A stretch of 60,947 bases of DNA, counting the filler, from Sphacelaria rigidula (Eukaryota): the NCBI GenBank assembly GCA_964200075.2. It is 3 parts of 3 records of this genome, joined end to end, with 100 filler letters (N's around TTAATTAATTAA, not from the genome) between each part and the next. Parts side by side here need not be neighbours in the genome. Positions count along the whole stretch, not along the records: positions 1 to 20,251 come from CAXNAA020000552.1; 2 more parts are not named here. One strand, 5' to 3'. The first letter of the stretch is position 1; every line of letters begins with the position of its first letter. This document shows, in pieces, positions 1-12,053 of this stretch. Below the pieces are notes generated by a model, which ran no database searches, was not told the origin of the DNA, and was given only the letters and a program-made list of their open reading frames with translations. Position numbers and translations under genes: made by a program.

Positions 1-856
1 CTGGTAAGGAATAGCAGGGACGGTATTGGAATGGCGAGCCTACGTCTATGACCACGGGTTCGCGAGATTGGACTGATGTGCGGGAATAATAATAATAATA
101 AAAGCTACATAGCATGGCTGTGTGTACATACACTCGCAATTAGTGTATGGGATCTGTAACCAGCGGAAGCTGTCGAAGACTTCGATCCTCCTGCACAGTT
201 GGTATACGAATTGGGGGGCAAGAGGATAAGGTTTCGACACTTTCTGCTGCATCTCGAATCTCATTCACTGATACGGTGCAGTATATGGGATTTGAACGGC
301 AAAAGCTGCTCGAAAATTATCCCTTTTTTGCCCAATTTCAAGTATTGGCGGGCGATATGGGGATTTATTTCGAACAGCTTCGGCGTACAAATTCCATTTG
401 CGAGTGTACATGGGATTTGTACAGCCTCCGCTGTTCGAAATAAAAATCCTTTTTGCTCGATTTTGAATTTGGGATTAAGAATTATTTCCTACAGCAGAGG
501 CTGTACGAACTCCAGATTTTCACAGCACCTATTCCTTTAAAAGTCCAGGGGATTTCCATATTGACACAGACCTTCGAGGCCCCAAAATTCACAATCCTCT
601 AGAGGATTGTTAATACCCAAGATCCTCTAGCGGGGATTTCAAAACGGACGGAACCGAGGATGGCGCTTGGAAAATCCTCTACAAGGTAGCCGAATGGCCG
701 CTTGTGGCGTCCTCAACGTCAGCCGTAACATTGAGCTGCGAGCAACATGGGCGGTCTGAACACGACCCGACACAAAGTTCTGGGTCTCAAAGACGTGCGG
801 GTGGTGAGCACCAACCACTCTTCACGGACCAGTCCACGTCGCCATCAACTTGAGCG

Positions 857-1453
857 TCACGCCTGGACGAGCGTGCATACAAGACATAGTCGCCTACCTC
901 GAACTTCGGAAATTCCAGTAGAGGAACCCTCAGGTCTACGCGCATGTGTAGCGGTAACACACTCCCGCGCTCGAACGTGGAGACGTTCTTGCAAGTCCAA
1001 AACTCCTTGCAACGCACGATTAAGTTGACTATCATCCAAGACTTCACAGTCCCATTCTCCCGCCGACGAAGATGCCAACACCGAGAAAGACGTCCGAGGG
1101 GCGCGACCAAACATCACGTGGCACGGCGTACTATCGAAATGACGACGATACGCTGTATCGAGCGCCCATTGCACCGCAGGCAACACGTCCACCCACTCGG
1201 AAACCGCTCTACGCTGCTCGAGAAGAATAGAGCAAAGGACACGAACTACTTCCTTGACCATGCGTTCGCACGTGCCGTTAGACCACGGAGAAGACGCCAC
1301 CGCAAACTGGTGATCAATGTGCAAAGCCTCTCGCAATCGGGCCAAGATTGCATTCTTGAAATGCGTGGCGGCATCACTCACCCACACACGCGGCACCCCC
1401 AAAGTTTTGAACCAACTTAGCAAAAGTGCAGCAGTCGATTCAGCAGTACACAC
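857..1453 (-). pseudogene. Gypsy integrase core fragment
   Basis: SD..THF and SPWSNGTCERMVKEV motifs typical of rve integrase. Confidence 0.88.
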
Positions 1454-1829
1454 TGCTACTGATTACAGAGACACGAAGTTGCTCGAATCATTCGTAATTA
1501 CCAGAACACATCGAAACCCAGCATCCTCTGACAAACTCTAGGAAGCTAGCGGGCCACTCCTGCCCACGTACAAGAAGTCAAAATGAACGACTTCATTCGG
1601 CATGGTCCCGTGGGCCGTCTCACCGAGCGGGCGGGGAACAACATCGCCCGCCCTCGAGTCAGCACCGTGAAGACACTGGCGGACAAATTCGCGCACATGA
1701 GTTTCTATCCCCTGTCAAACAAAACAATTGTAAGCACACGAGCGTCGTAGTCACACCACGATTCCCGGCGTCGCGCACATGCGCGCAAATCATCAAACGT
1801 ACCTGCAACTGCCTGTCAGAATTCGGAAT

Positions 1830-3262
1830 TCACAAAACGCTTCGGCCACGCACATGCAAGCGAAACATACCTTCACTGTTCAAGGTAGCAGCAACAAGGT
1901 TCGACTCGACAGATTGCACATCCGCATCTTCGGTCCAAAGTTCTTTCCATTGCGCTTGGCGGACAACAGATTTGGACGGCATCAAGTCATCAGGTTCACA
2001 CGGATCATACACAGCCACAGTGCGCACGAGTGAAGCCGGAATGTTCACCCAACGCGAAAGCAAGTCACCCCACGCGTTACGGTCACCCGAAATATGGCAA
2101 ACCGAGTAACGATACTGGCCAAGAACACCTTCATAACCCTCCAAACGTTGTGCCAACGCCTTCGGCACGGACGTAACGCACGCTTCCGGGTTGAAAATAT
2201 ACACGAGGTTTCGGTGATCCATGAGAATATGCTCGCCATCCCACAAAAGATACCCCAAACGACGAAAAGTGCTCACGATAGCAAAACCTTCCTTGTCAAT
2301 TGTGGCCCAACGCAACTGCGAATCCTTGAAACTACCACTGAGGAGAGCCAGCTGTTCATGCGTCATATCCTCGACCGGCAAGCGTCTTTGCATTTCAACT
2401 TCAGGCACCTGCGTGACAAAACTTCCCCAATGGGAGTCAGATGTATCTGGAAACATCAACACCTGACAATCAGGACGAGGATGGAAAAGCGTCACGGCAT
2501 AAGCCACCAGATCCTTCGCTGCCGCCCAAGCCTCTAGACTGCCCTCCGTCCACGATGCAGGCGGAATAGCGCGGTTTTTTGCCACACGCTTCGTCCGCCT
2601 CGCAGCACCCGCCATGACTTCTTCGAGGAACCAACGTAAAGGAGCTACCAGTTCTGCCATACGAGCAACGATGTACGCGGTCAATTCACGGCCTGAGGGA
2701 ACTACATGAGTTCTGCGGCCGTTTCCGGGCGCCGCATGTCAGACAAGCCTTGGAATCTTGGCAGTGTCATGAGATACGCGTCCGTGTGAATACACTTTCC
2801 TAAACCACACGAGTTCACTAGCGGAAAAGCTACACTTGTGCGCAGCCGCAAACAAAACAACACACTCTGAACGAGCCAAGATGGCATCAAGTGTGTCTAG
2901 AAGTTCGTCTTCCGTGTCCGCGAGAAAAAACACATCATCCACCCATACCTTGCATTCTAAGCCGACGAGAAGTTCTGTCATGATGCCTTGAAATATGCCG
3001 TGACATTCAGCACGCCTTGCGGCACTCGCTTGGGGGTAAACAAGCCAAAAGGAGTCGTGATTGTGGAAATCTCCTGCGCCTCCTCCGCCAACGGCATCTG
3101 CCTGTAACGTTGGAGGAGGCCCAACTTGCCAAAAAAACGAGCACCCAACAAATCACGCATGTCCGACTCAGGGTTGGGTATCACACCCGGCGACTTCTCA
3201 ACCTGCTCATTCACGGCCTTGTAGTCGCGTACCAGGTGGAACGAGTCCTTCTTCGGAATCAC
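1830..3262 (-). pseudogene. Gypsy reverse transcriptase and RNase H fragments
   Basis: ORFs 2978-3262, 2739-2981 (WVDD) and 1830-2684 (RNase H motifs, DHRNL, N.WGDLLSR), separated by frameshifts. Confidence 0.88.
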
Positions 3263-3763
3263 TATAGTCGGACTGGATCACATCGCCTGCGAGTTCCGGA
3301 TCACCAACCCGAGCGCCACAGGAGCCGCCATACACGACGCCAACCAACTCAACTTCACCAAATCGTACTGCCCCGGCTTGGTCTTCACCGCGGATGCCCC
3401 AGGTTTTAGCTGAACACACATGGGCTCCACGCGCGCAGGGAGATCGCTCCGCAGCGCACGACGAAACTCGTCGACGCGGCGATGCAAGATGCAGCGCAGG
3501 CGCTCCGCTTTTGAGACGGTGAGGCCTTTCGCCACAGCATCTGTCACGCTCTCCTCCAGCGCGACCTTCCGAGCGGACTCCTCTTCCGCTGAATCCATAA
3601 ACATTTCCGGGCCGCGCTCTATCAAGCATTCCACCACCGCATCCCGCTCCTCGGTCACCTTCCCCCCAGCCTCCTGAAAAGCATCCACCGACAAGCTCAT
3701 GCGACGACTGCCCAAGAAGGTGGGCGTCTCCAAGCGCGGACCAAGCGGAGACGACACCGTCTA

Positions 3764-3990
3764 CGGTAGCCCGCCCAAAAAACCAGCCAAAAAGTGTCAC
3801 GAAAAAAATGGCCATAAAGCGCCTAATGTTTGGAATTAGGCTGCATGAAGCGCCTCATATTGGCGACATTGGCTAGAAAGAACCCAAGCGCGGGAATTTC
3901 CAGTTGCTCGTTGTGTTGGACTTTTCCCGTTTCGATTTACGTGAAGATTTTGCCTCCCAAAACCATGCACTTTTTTGGGTGGGGTTATCG
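3764..3990. mobile_element. MITE with TA target duplication inserted in the gypsy pol
   Basis: TA-CGGTAGCCCGCCCAAAAAA ... TTTTTTGGGTGGGGTTATCG-TA imperfect TIRs; a diverged copy lies at ~52095-52340. Confidence 0.75.
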
Positions 3991-6011
3991 TAGAAAGTGT
4001 CAGACATCCTTGTCTTCATGGAATCCGACAACCACGCATACGGGTCGACTCCAATATCCTGAAGCGTCGGAAACCCCTAAAAAATGACGCCATCCGACCC
4101 CGGCATGATCGCAAACGAGATCGGAGGCAACGACGCCGCCCCCCAGGAAGTCGTGAAAGCCAGCTGCAGTGGAGAAGTACGCTCCGTGACGGAAAGATGC
4201 TGATCCGACGCAATGACGGCCTGCCGGGCTCCGAGCGAAAACGGAATGCGCAGCGGCACACCCGAGAGAAGGCGCTCCAACATATCTATAATCTGCACCG
4301 ACAGATTCACATGACTCGTGAAGTGGGCGCCAGAATCCAACACAGCCCGAACCGCAATGACTCCACGCTCCCGTTGATTTGGAAGATACAGCTCCGCAGG
4401 AGCGTACTTGTCTGCAAACTCCACTGGCACTTCATTCGCCGACGGATGTGCCGCTATTCTCATTTGACGCCTCGGCTACGCAAGCTGCGCAGGCGAGGAC
4501 GCCCCGGCAGGTTCAAACGGCACCGCCGACGGGTACGACCCCCAGCCAGCGGACCAAGAATTTGGCGAACCTCCGACCAGCGCATCAGCAGGCGTTGCGC
4601 CTGGCGCTGCTGCCGGCGTCCCCACCGGCGTCACCACCGGCGCCACCACCGGCGTTGACGCAGTGTTCGACACTGTAGAAGTCGGTCCCACGTGCACCGC
4701 TGGTTGCGGAGCAGCAGCACCTGCGGCGGCGCCGGACCCAGAACTAGACCCATGATGCCGCCGCCGCCCCTGCTGCTGCTGCGCTGAGATCTTGACTGCG
4801 ACCTTCCACCGCCGGAGGATCCGCCGCCGCCACCACCCCGATCAGCTCATATTTTACCCTTGTGCTGTCGATGCTGATGGCCGGCGGCATGAGACTGCCC
4901 AGACTCTGCACCGGAAAAAGTTGGGCAATTGCGCGCGTAATGGCCGACCTGGCCACGGCGGTAGCAGGGGATGGTCGCGGCGCGGCCGGCCGATCTCGAG
5001 CCGTGGTGGCGCAAAGATTTCGGCGTGGAGGTGGACGACTGGCCGAACACCTCTATTTTCCGCCACTCCTTGGCCTCAGCCACGACGGTGTCCAGCACCA
5101 GGTTAGGGTCGGCCTTTCAATCTGTTTCGTGCTGCAACTTAACAAGCACGGCTTGCTCGCATTTTTGTGGCGTTAACCCCCCCACCAATGCCTTGGTGAT
5201 TACGGCAGCCGGGGCGGGAATAAACTCACCATCGGGGGAACGATATACTAGTCCCACGTTCAAATTTTGTTAGAAGCACTTGTCCAGATTTGACAAGATT
5301 GGCTCCACCCAGCCTAGCACCGTCTTCCCCCGAGAATCCATGGCGACAGCTTTGGCCACGGCCGCGGACACTTGGGTCATCTCCACCTCGGCGCCCGGCG
5401 CATGCCCAGATGCTTTTTGATCGCCGCAACCAATTGCGGCGGGGTTATTGTGCTCTCATCATGTTCCACACGAGCAAACACTCTTTGCACATGCGTCGGG
5501 ACTTGTTAAGCCATCGACACTATCTGATGTCGCACTGCACCCCCTGCGGTAGAGTGCTCCACACGTTTACTGTACTCCACGTACTTGATATAGGAAGTGC
5601 GAGATGCACTCTCGAAGTACCTATCCTCGTATTGGGGAGGTCGCAACTCTTGCCGCATAACCACGGGCGTCACGCTGGATGCCGCACGCGAGCCGGTCGC
5701 CGTAGCAGCAGCCGGCTACCTGCGAACCTTTCGCAGGCCAACGGACCGTCGCAAATTTCACACTTCACTCTTGCTTCGTCGCCGCACCACACAGTCGTAC
5801 GAGCCTCCAAACTCCCGCTGCACGCATCTTCAGCAAGTCTCCAGTCTGGATCAGTCACAAGCTAACCGCCTTTCTGCCGATCACCTCAGCTTGAACCCCT
5901 TCCACGCGTCCGTGGTATACTAGGTTGTTCACATCTACCAGACTCTTCCGCCGCAATTCTTCCAGCAGGTTCCGCTAGGTACTAGCTCTACACTAACACT
6001 AATATCGATAT

Positions 6012-6282
6012 TGTAACGCCAGCCAGAAGAAGAACTATTGGATCACTGCTGTTGAGAGACTTCCCAGTCTCACTGGCCTCATTTTCAGTTGTCAGCCTTT
6101 ACAACATTTTATTATATCCGGAGTTCCCTTGCAGGTACAGCCTCCTAGACCCGCAGGATATCAATATCGTGTCCCTGCCCGTTATATCCACAATCCTCCC
6201 AGAATCCTCCAGAACCCCCGTGCACCCGGTCATTATCCAGACCATCACTACCAACTCAACGTAACGGCGTAATTTCGTCACA
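6012..6282. repeat. Possible LTR (5' LTR of the gypsy element or a solo LTR)
   Basis: TGTAACG...CGTCACA termini just upstream of gypsy gag; no partner copy or TSD seen. Confidence 0.4.
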
Positions 6283-6480
6283 GGAATAAGATAGAAGGAT
6301 CGGAACTGTTAAATTGTCAGGGCTTTTAATATAGAATGCTACTGTTGTAAAGGCAGTCAGTGGAGCAATGAACGCTATGTCCGACGTCTCCCCCTGTGTG
6401 TGCACAACAAGGACACGAGTTTGCCATACCCCAGTTAAGGGAATGTATGAGACATCAAACACTCGTAAAGACCTTCTTGG

Positions 6481-6852
6481 TGTTGAGAAAGCCAGTAACA
6501 ACTGAGCTACCCAGTAAGCGCTGAGTCAGTAGCTCAGTGGTTGTTGGCCTTATCAACAAAAGCTAGGCAAAGTCCGGAGTTCGATTCTCACCCGTGACAC
6601 ATTTTTCTTTGTCAATTGATCACGGTCAGGAAACCCCCGATAACACTCCTTGCAGACCTCCGATGAATATTATTCCGGGCAAGTGAGCAACGCGTTGGTT
6701 ACAGGGGCTTCAACCCTGGGATGAAATCCAACGTCGTCGCTTAACAGCTAGACGGACTGCGTTCATTAGCTTTTATGTTGACGGAGACAATAACCATTGA
6801 GCTTCTTAGTCAGCGCTGACTGAGAAGCTCAGTGGGTCAATCCTTCTCAACA
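6481..6852 (+). mobile_element. Non-autonomous element with palindromic terminal repeats and tRNA-like Pol III boxes (copy A)
   Basis: Self-palindromic TG...CA repeats at 6481-6558 and 6776-6852 centred on AGCGCT; A-box TAGCTCAGTGG 6530-6540, B-box GAGTTCGATTC 6577-6587, T-run ~6602. Confidence 0.8.
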
Positions 6853-7028
6853 CCAAGAAGGTCTCCACGACCGTTTGAAATCTCATACATTCCCCTACGT
6901 GGGGTGCGGCAGACTCTTGTCCTTGTTGTGCAGACACAGGTGGAGACGTCGGGTAAAATCAACGATGACAAGAACGCCCCTCAAGTTGCGATTTGATCTT
7001 CTTATAGCCGCAACATCGTCCTTGCTGG

Positions 7029-7030
<2 letters not shown>

Positions 7031-7084
<54 letters not shown>
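7031..7084. repeat. (TG)n microsatellite
   Basis: Direct observation. Confidence 0.98.
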
Positions 7085-7086
<2 letters not shown>

Positions 7087-7121
7087 CAGTAGTGGTGACG
7101 GGGAAATCGCCCTGCTTTTCG

Positions 7122-7432
7122 ACGACAATGATTTTGTGAGATGCAGAGACCAGAGTAAGATTGAGAGCGAGAAGCGGTCAAATAATTAATGAAGTGTTTC
7201 AGTTCCGGAATGCCCCTCCACGAGGCCTGATACACTTTCTGCAAAAGCTTGCCACTGAAGCCTTTAATATCCCTGAGTAGGATATAGTAGGATGCGATGT
7301 GTAGCTGTAAGCACACGACAGTGTTACAGGCAAAGAAAAGCACACAAAGAATGAAAAATTGGCCAAGCTAGAACGAATAGTAAAACTCACCCTCAATCAG
7401 CACTGAATTCTCAATTTTACCACAGTATTCTT
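7122..7432. mobile_element. MITE-like repeat, diverged inverted copy of 59371-59676
   Basis: Shared internal blocks (GCTTGCCACTGA, ATCCCTGAGTAG, GGCAAAGAAAAGCACACA, TGGCCAAG) in reverse complement. Confidence 0.7.
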
Positions 7433-7532
7433 CAACGTGTTCTGCAGCACACAAAAGCGCTTCCCGTTCAAAAATAGAGGCAGAGAGAAATCAATATTTG
7501 CATTCGTCAGCACCACAGACAAGAGAAGATTA

Positions 7533-7780
7533 TAGAGTGATGCTGCGATAGGGTCAGCACTTTTACGGCCTGAGAGTAGAATTGTTAGGAACCCTTTATC
7601 TCATCCAAAACACGACTTTCGAAATAGGTGAGAGTACGCCAGGTTTTTCTTCCAATTTGCTAGGGATATCCCGAATGAATTTGCAAACGGGGATACCCTG
7701 ACCCATATTCTTGTGTAGTTCCTAATTTTAGGAACCGTTTTTGGCCCCAAAAGTGCAGACCCTATCGCAGCATCACTCCA
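7533..7780. mobile_element. Tc1/mariner/pogo-type MITE with TA TSD
   Basis: TA-TAGAGTGATGCTGCGATAGGGTC ... GACCCTATCGCAGCATCACTCCA-TA; relatives at 9750-9865 and 57406-57663. Confidence 0.85.
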
Positions 7781-8154
7781 TATCAGCCAAGATGCGGCAA
7801 TCCTGGGCACCTCGATTTTCTTCGGGGGACTGTGTAGCAATAAACCGCTTCCTTCACGTGACAAATTGGGAATGTGCTGGTAACATGATGCCAATCTGTC
7901 CAGCGACTAATCGCTGAGCGAGAACACACAAGGGACACGGGCGAAGAGCTTCCTCTCTGCCGTTGCTCCTCCGGTAGTTTCGTCATCGACACGCGCGTAC
8001 ACCGCCTTCATTCGGTGCACCTATCCACACGTGCGTAACTGTGCCAAACGTTTTTGCGAATATGCTTGCCCTTGGCACAACTGTTTCGCACAGAACCTGG
8101 ATTTTAGTTGCCCCACTTGAGCCTCATTTTCGTGTTCATTTCCATTTTTGAGGA

Positions 8155-8430
8155 TCCTCTGCTATTATGATGGATATCTCTGATGAATGTTTATACAATA
8201 AATGAATATATATATATCCTATATGGATATGTATCACGATAATACCAGACAAGAATCCACATCTATGGTGGATACCCATAGTAAACGTCGACATCTTTTT
8301 ATGGGATTCCATCACGATGAACATGGATACCCCAGAGGGGTATGGATACCCATGTCCATGGATAATGGGTGTCAGATCCATCGTGGACATCCCAGACGGA
8401 TATCCATGATCGACCTGATATCCATCCAAA
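8155..8430. repeat. Degenerate repeat rich in ATGGATAY/RTATCCAT motifs, in the spacer of the large inverted repeat
   Basis: Repeated atggatatc/atggataccc/atatccat motifs in both orientations. Confidence 0.55.
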
Positions 8431-9354
8431 TTATCAGTGTAACACACACACCGTCAAAGAAAATATATGTAAATAGTGCAAAGTCAGCCCTATATTTGCA
8501 CCGAACTACTTTCAACAATCAATTGTCAAGAATGGGGTTGAACGCGAAAATGAGGTTCAAACGGCATGAAATGGTGCCGAACAGTTACACCAAGGGAAAG
8601 CATCTTCCACCCAAACAATCTGTAGCACTTTAGCAGGTGTGGATGGGTGCACGGAACGAATGCGGCGTAAACGCGTGTCGATGACGATACCACCGGAAGA
8701 GCAACGGCGGAGAGGAAGCTCTTCGTCCACGTTCTTTGTGTGTCCTCGTTCGGTGGTTCCCAATCGCTCGAGAGATTGGCATTTGTTACCAGCAAACACT
8801 CAATATTCAATGTGCCGGCAAATCGTATAATATTGCTGCACAGCCTCCCAAAGAACATTGGGGTACCGAGGGGTGTCGCCTCTTGCCTGTGGAGCTCACC
8901 AATGCGAAGATCGATTTCTCTCTGTCCCTCTTTTTGGACAGGATGCGCCTCTGTGCGCTGCAGAACACGTCGTTGAAAAAGCAGGGCAGATTTCCCGTCA
9001 CCGCTACTGTTCTTTGTCACACACATGCCAGCGTTGCGGCAATAAGAGATCCAACCGCAACTTGGGGGGAGTGTTATTCATCGTTGATTTTTCCCGACAT
9101 GTGTACTTGTGCGTGCGCGACTAGGACAAGGCCATGCTACACGCCAGTTGGGGGGATGTATGATATATCAAACACTTCTGGAGACCTTCTTGTCATGTGG
9201 AGTGAAAACAGATACCTCTGGCGGTGACCAAACTATTGCAGGCGTGACCCAACATAGGGGTGCCGCCATGCTGTAATCTGGAGCACCCGTTGCGTGGGTG
9301 TGTGTGTTTTTCCAAACCTTGCACACGTCGGACAGATCAGGTCATGTCAGATCG

Positions 9355-9931
9355 TGAAAGAACGTGGAAATTCTTCATGTGGCGTGATATCTCGAGAAGA
9401 TGCACAGGGCTAGCACGAGGTGGCGGTAAAGCACGGTTGCTTGTCGAAAATACTGATATTGGAAATTGGCGCTGGTGTGGCCGAGAATCTCAGTGAAGAG
9501 GGTGAAGGCGAAAGATAGAATGGTAGGGTGTGGGAGCAACCCGCGAGTACCCTCGGGTCAATGCGCTACGCTAAGTTGTTGCTTATGGGAATATTCTTAC
9601 TTCTGAGAATCCTAGGGTTTTACATTAACCCTACAGAGTTCTAGAGAAGAAAGGAAAGAAAACCCTAGAACTTTACATTAAACCGACAGAGCCGGAAGTT
9701 CCGCTAACAATCTTAGAATTGTTGCAATCCTCTAAGGATGCGGAGGTTGTAGAGTGATGCTACGGTAGGGGTACAGAAATAATTTCTGAGGTTAAAATTG
9801 TTAGGAGCCCCTGAACCAGACAAAATTTCGCGAAAAAAGTGCACCCCTACCGTAGCATTGCTCTGTACTGCTATTTACCCGATATGAGCGACTATCGAGA
9901 AAACAGACTGATAGCAAATCTGCCTATATCG
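9355..9931 (-). repeat. Copia 3' LTR (contains a MITE insertion)
   Basis: Aligns with 15773-16229 from TGAAAGAACGTGG onward; right end approximate. Confidence 0.9.
9750..9865. mobile_element. Internally deleted MITE inserted in only one LTR
   Basis: TIRs TAGAGTGATGCTACGGTAGGGG / CCCCTACCGTAGCATTGCTCTG; absent at the matching site GGTTGTACTG in the other LTR. Confidence 0.88.
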
Positions 9932-10043
9932 ATGAATGCTACGGAGTGCGCCCCCGTGACGGAAGTTTTCTACAGAGAATACTAAATATGCACGCTGACG
10001 AATATTATAACCGATGCCCTGACCGTCCGAAGAAAAAAGAAGG

Positions 10044-10165
10044 AAAGGCGAAGCAAAAATACTCAGAATGCAGCCGTCTTTACGCTACACACAAAACGTG
10101 GTAGAAAAGGCGAAGCAAAAATACTCATGATACAGACGTCGTTACGCTACGTACACAAAAAGTAG
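10044..10165. repeat. Two ~60-bp tandem copies in the copia 3' non-coding region
   Basis: AAAGGCGAAGCAAAAATACTCA...TTACGCTAC repeated twice. Confidence 0.75.
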
Positions 10166-10192
10166 AACCACGAAGAAAAGCTGTAGAAGTCC

Positions 10193-11640
10193 TCAAGTTG
10201 AAAAATGGTGTCGTGGTAGCTTGTCCTGCTGGAGGTCTGTCCCCCTGAGGACGGCCGCAAGCATTGCCGTGAAGAGAAGCCTAGCCAAGAACTTGGTGAG
10301 GATGCCGCTGAGCTGACCCTTCGTGAAGACGTGGTCGATGGTGATCTTGTCTTCGGTGATATAATCTCGAAGGCCGGCGAACCTGATCGCGAGATCTTTA
10401 TTGCTCCTGCTGTTGTACGAGCCTTCTCCCGCGAGTAGTAGGGTGCCCTTGTTGTCGCAAAATATGCGGGCGCTACGGAAGGTCCTCCATCCGAGCTCTT
10501 CGAGGATGCCGCACAGGTAAAGGGCTTGTTTTGCGCAAGAGCTCATGGTAATCAGCTCCGCTTCGGTGGTAGATTGGGCTGAGATTTTCTGAACGCTAGC
10601 CGAGAAGTGTATGACACCCCCAGCAAAGAAGTAGATTCCTCCCGATGTAGACCTAGCCTTTTCCGGGTCGCCCGTGCTTTAAGAGGCGTCACAGAACCCG
10701 GTGAGCTCGAAGCTGCTGTTCCGGCTGTAGGTGATGTGAAGGTCAGGGGTGTCGCGCAGGTATCGCGGAATGCGTTTCACGGCCCCGATGTGTACTCAGG
10801 TTGCCTTGCCCATGAACCGTGTTGCCTGTGACGCTACGAAGCAGATGTTCACGCGGGTACACGGGTACAGGGAGATGAGAGACCCCACGATGCTCTGGTA
10901 GTCGGGGGTGTCATCCTTGTCAAGCGGCACGCTGCCTTCGGGCTACGCCGTTAGCTCGTTGCCGATTCCAGGTGTGTGCACTGCGTTGCAGTTGGACATG
11001 CCGCACGTTTTCATTAGCGGCAATACGTAGGGCATGCTGACGGTGCCGAGTTGCTTGTCCTGGATGATGTCGATCCCCAAGATTCTAGTGGCATCGCCAA
11101 AATCTATCATAGAAAACTTGTCCATGAGTGTTTCCAGGATTTTGGCCACGATTGCGGAATTGGGTCCGGTGATGAGGAGGTCGTCCACGTACAGAGAGAG
11201 AATGATGTAGTCGTCTCCGGTGCCCTTGACGTATACGCACGCGTTGCTCACGTTCGGTTTGAAGCCAAGTGCTCGCAGATCGTCAATGGTGCTGTTCCAT
11301 GCTTTTGGTGACAGCCGCAGCCCGTAGATGGACTTGTGCAGTTGCATGATGAGCGGTTGCCCCCGCGAGTTCTTCTTTTCGAACCCGGGTGTCTGCCGCA
11401 TGTAGACTTCCTCCTCGAGCTTCCCGTTGAGAAATGCCGTAGAGAAGTCCATGGCTGAGACGCTCCATCCGTCGGCAGCAGCGATGGCAAGAAGCAGACG
11501 TTGACTCTCGATACGGCAGACCGGCGCAAGTGTGTTGCCGCAGTTGCTGCCGTGCCTCTGCGACCAGCCCGTTCCGGCGATTCTGCCTTGAAATCGCCCA
11601 TCCATTTTTACCTTGAATACTCAGCGTGAGCCGATGATGC
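10193..11640 (-). pseudogene. Copia RT / RNase H remnants
   Basis: MDFSTAFLNGKLEEEVYM, LHKSIYGL, LYVDDLLITG, IFCDNKG motifs. Confidence 0.92.
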
Positions 11641-11644
11641 TATG

Positions 11645-12053
11645 TGTTACGGCGGGTATCGGCTATATATGTGCAGTAGGTTTTATTCCATTCGCATATT
11701 GGTGTTGTGTTGCATTTTGGCGGGCCCCTGGCCCCCCACAACTTTCAGCTACCCAGTCACTGTCGTTTAGCTACCCAGTAGCAGCACCTAATAACAAAAG
11801 CTATCAGTCAACACTTGGAGGTAACTCGCTTGCAAGCAAGTCAAGAGCACTTCCCTGCACGTGAAAGTGAGTCTATGTTATGCATTATGATTTAGTGCTG
11901 GTTTGGACTCGAGGGTCTGTGAGCCACGAGCTGGAGAGTTACTCCACTCGACTGCACTTATTCATTACGGCCGGCCGCTTGCTTATTGCAACCCCCGGCC
12001 CGGTGTGTTCCTTTAGAGTGATACCCACGTAACTTCGTGGCCAGTCCATCACA
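11645..12053. mobile_element. Solo LTR of another retroelement inserted in the copia RT
   Basis: TATG-TGTTACGG...CCATCACA-TATG (4-bp TSD); removing it restores the frame PPGHSIIGSR*VFKVKMDGRF. Confidence 0.85.

Larger units (their letters stand above)
640..5940 (-). mobile_element. Degenerate Ty3/gypsy LTR retrotransposon internal region (gag zinc knuckle, protease, RT, RNase H, integrase); frameshifted, 3' LTR not found
   Basis: Minus-strand ORF pieces in gypsy order: CYRRGQVGHYARNC (~4940), AVLDSGAHFTS (~4340), RT 'DYKAVNEQV..FTPKRVPQG' and 'VWVDDVFF' (2739-3262), RNase H 'MFPDTSDSHWG..W.TIDKEGFAIV' (1830-2684), integrase 'VSDAATHF..SNGTCERMV' (857-1453). Boundaries approximate. Confidence 0.92.
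6853..9192. repeat. Large diverged inverted-repeat pair (~650-bp arms); left arm interrupted by two MITEs
   Basis: 6853-7128, 7433-7530 and ~7800-8138 are reverse complements of successive parts of 8537-9192. Confidence 0.75.

Noticed and set aside
6523-6600. Functional tRNA genes at ~6523, ~30610-30685, ~40390 and ~60560-60630
   Set aside because: A/B boxes are present but I could not build convincing anticodon or acceptor stems, so I treated them as tRNA-derived elements; tRNAscan-SE would settle it.
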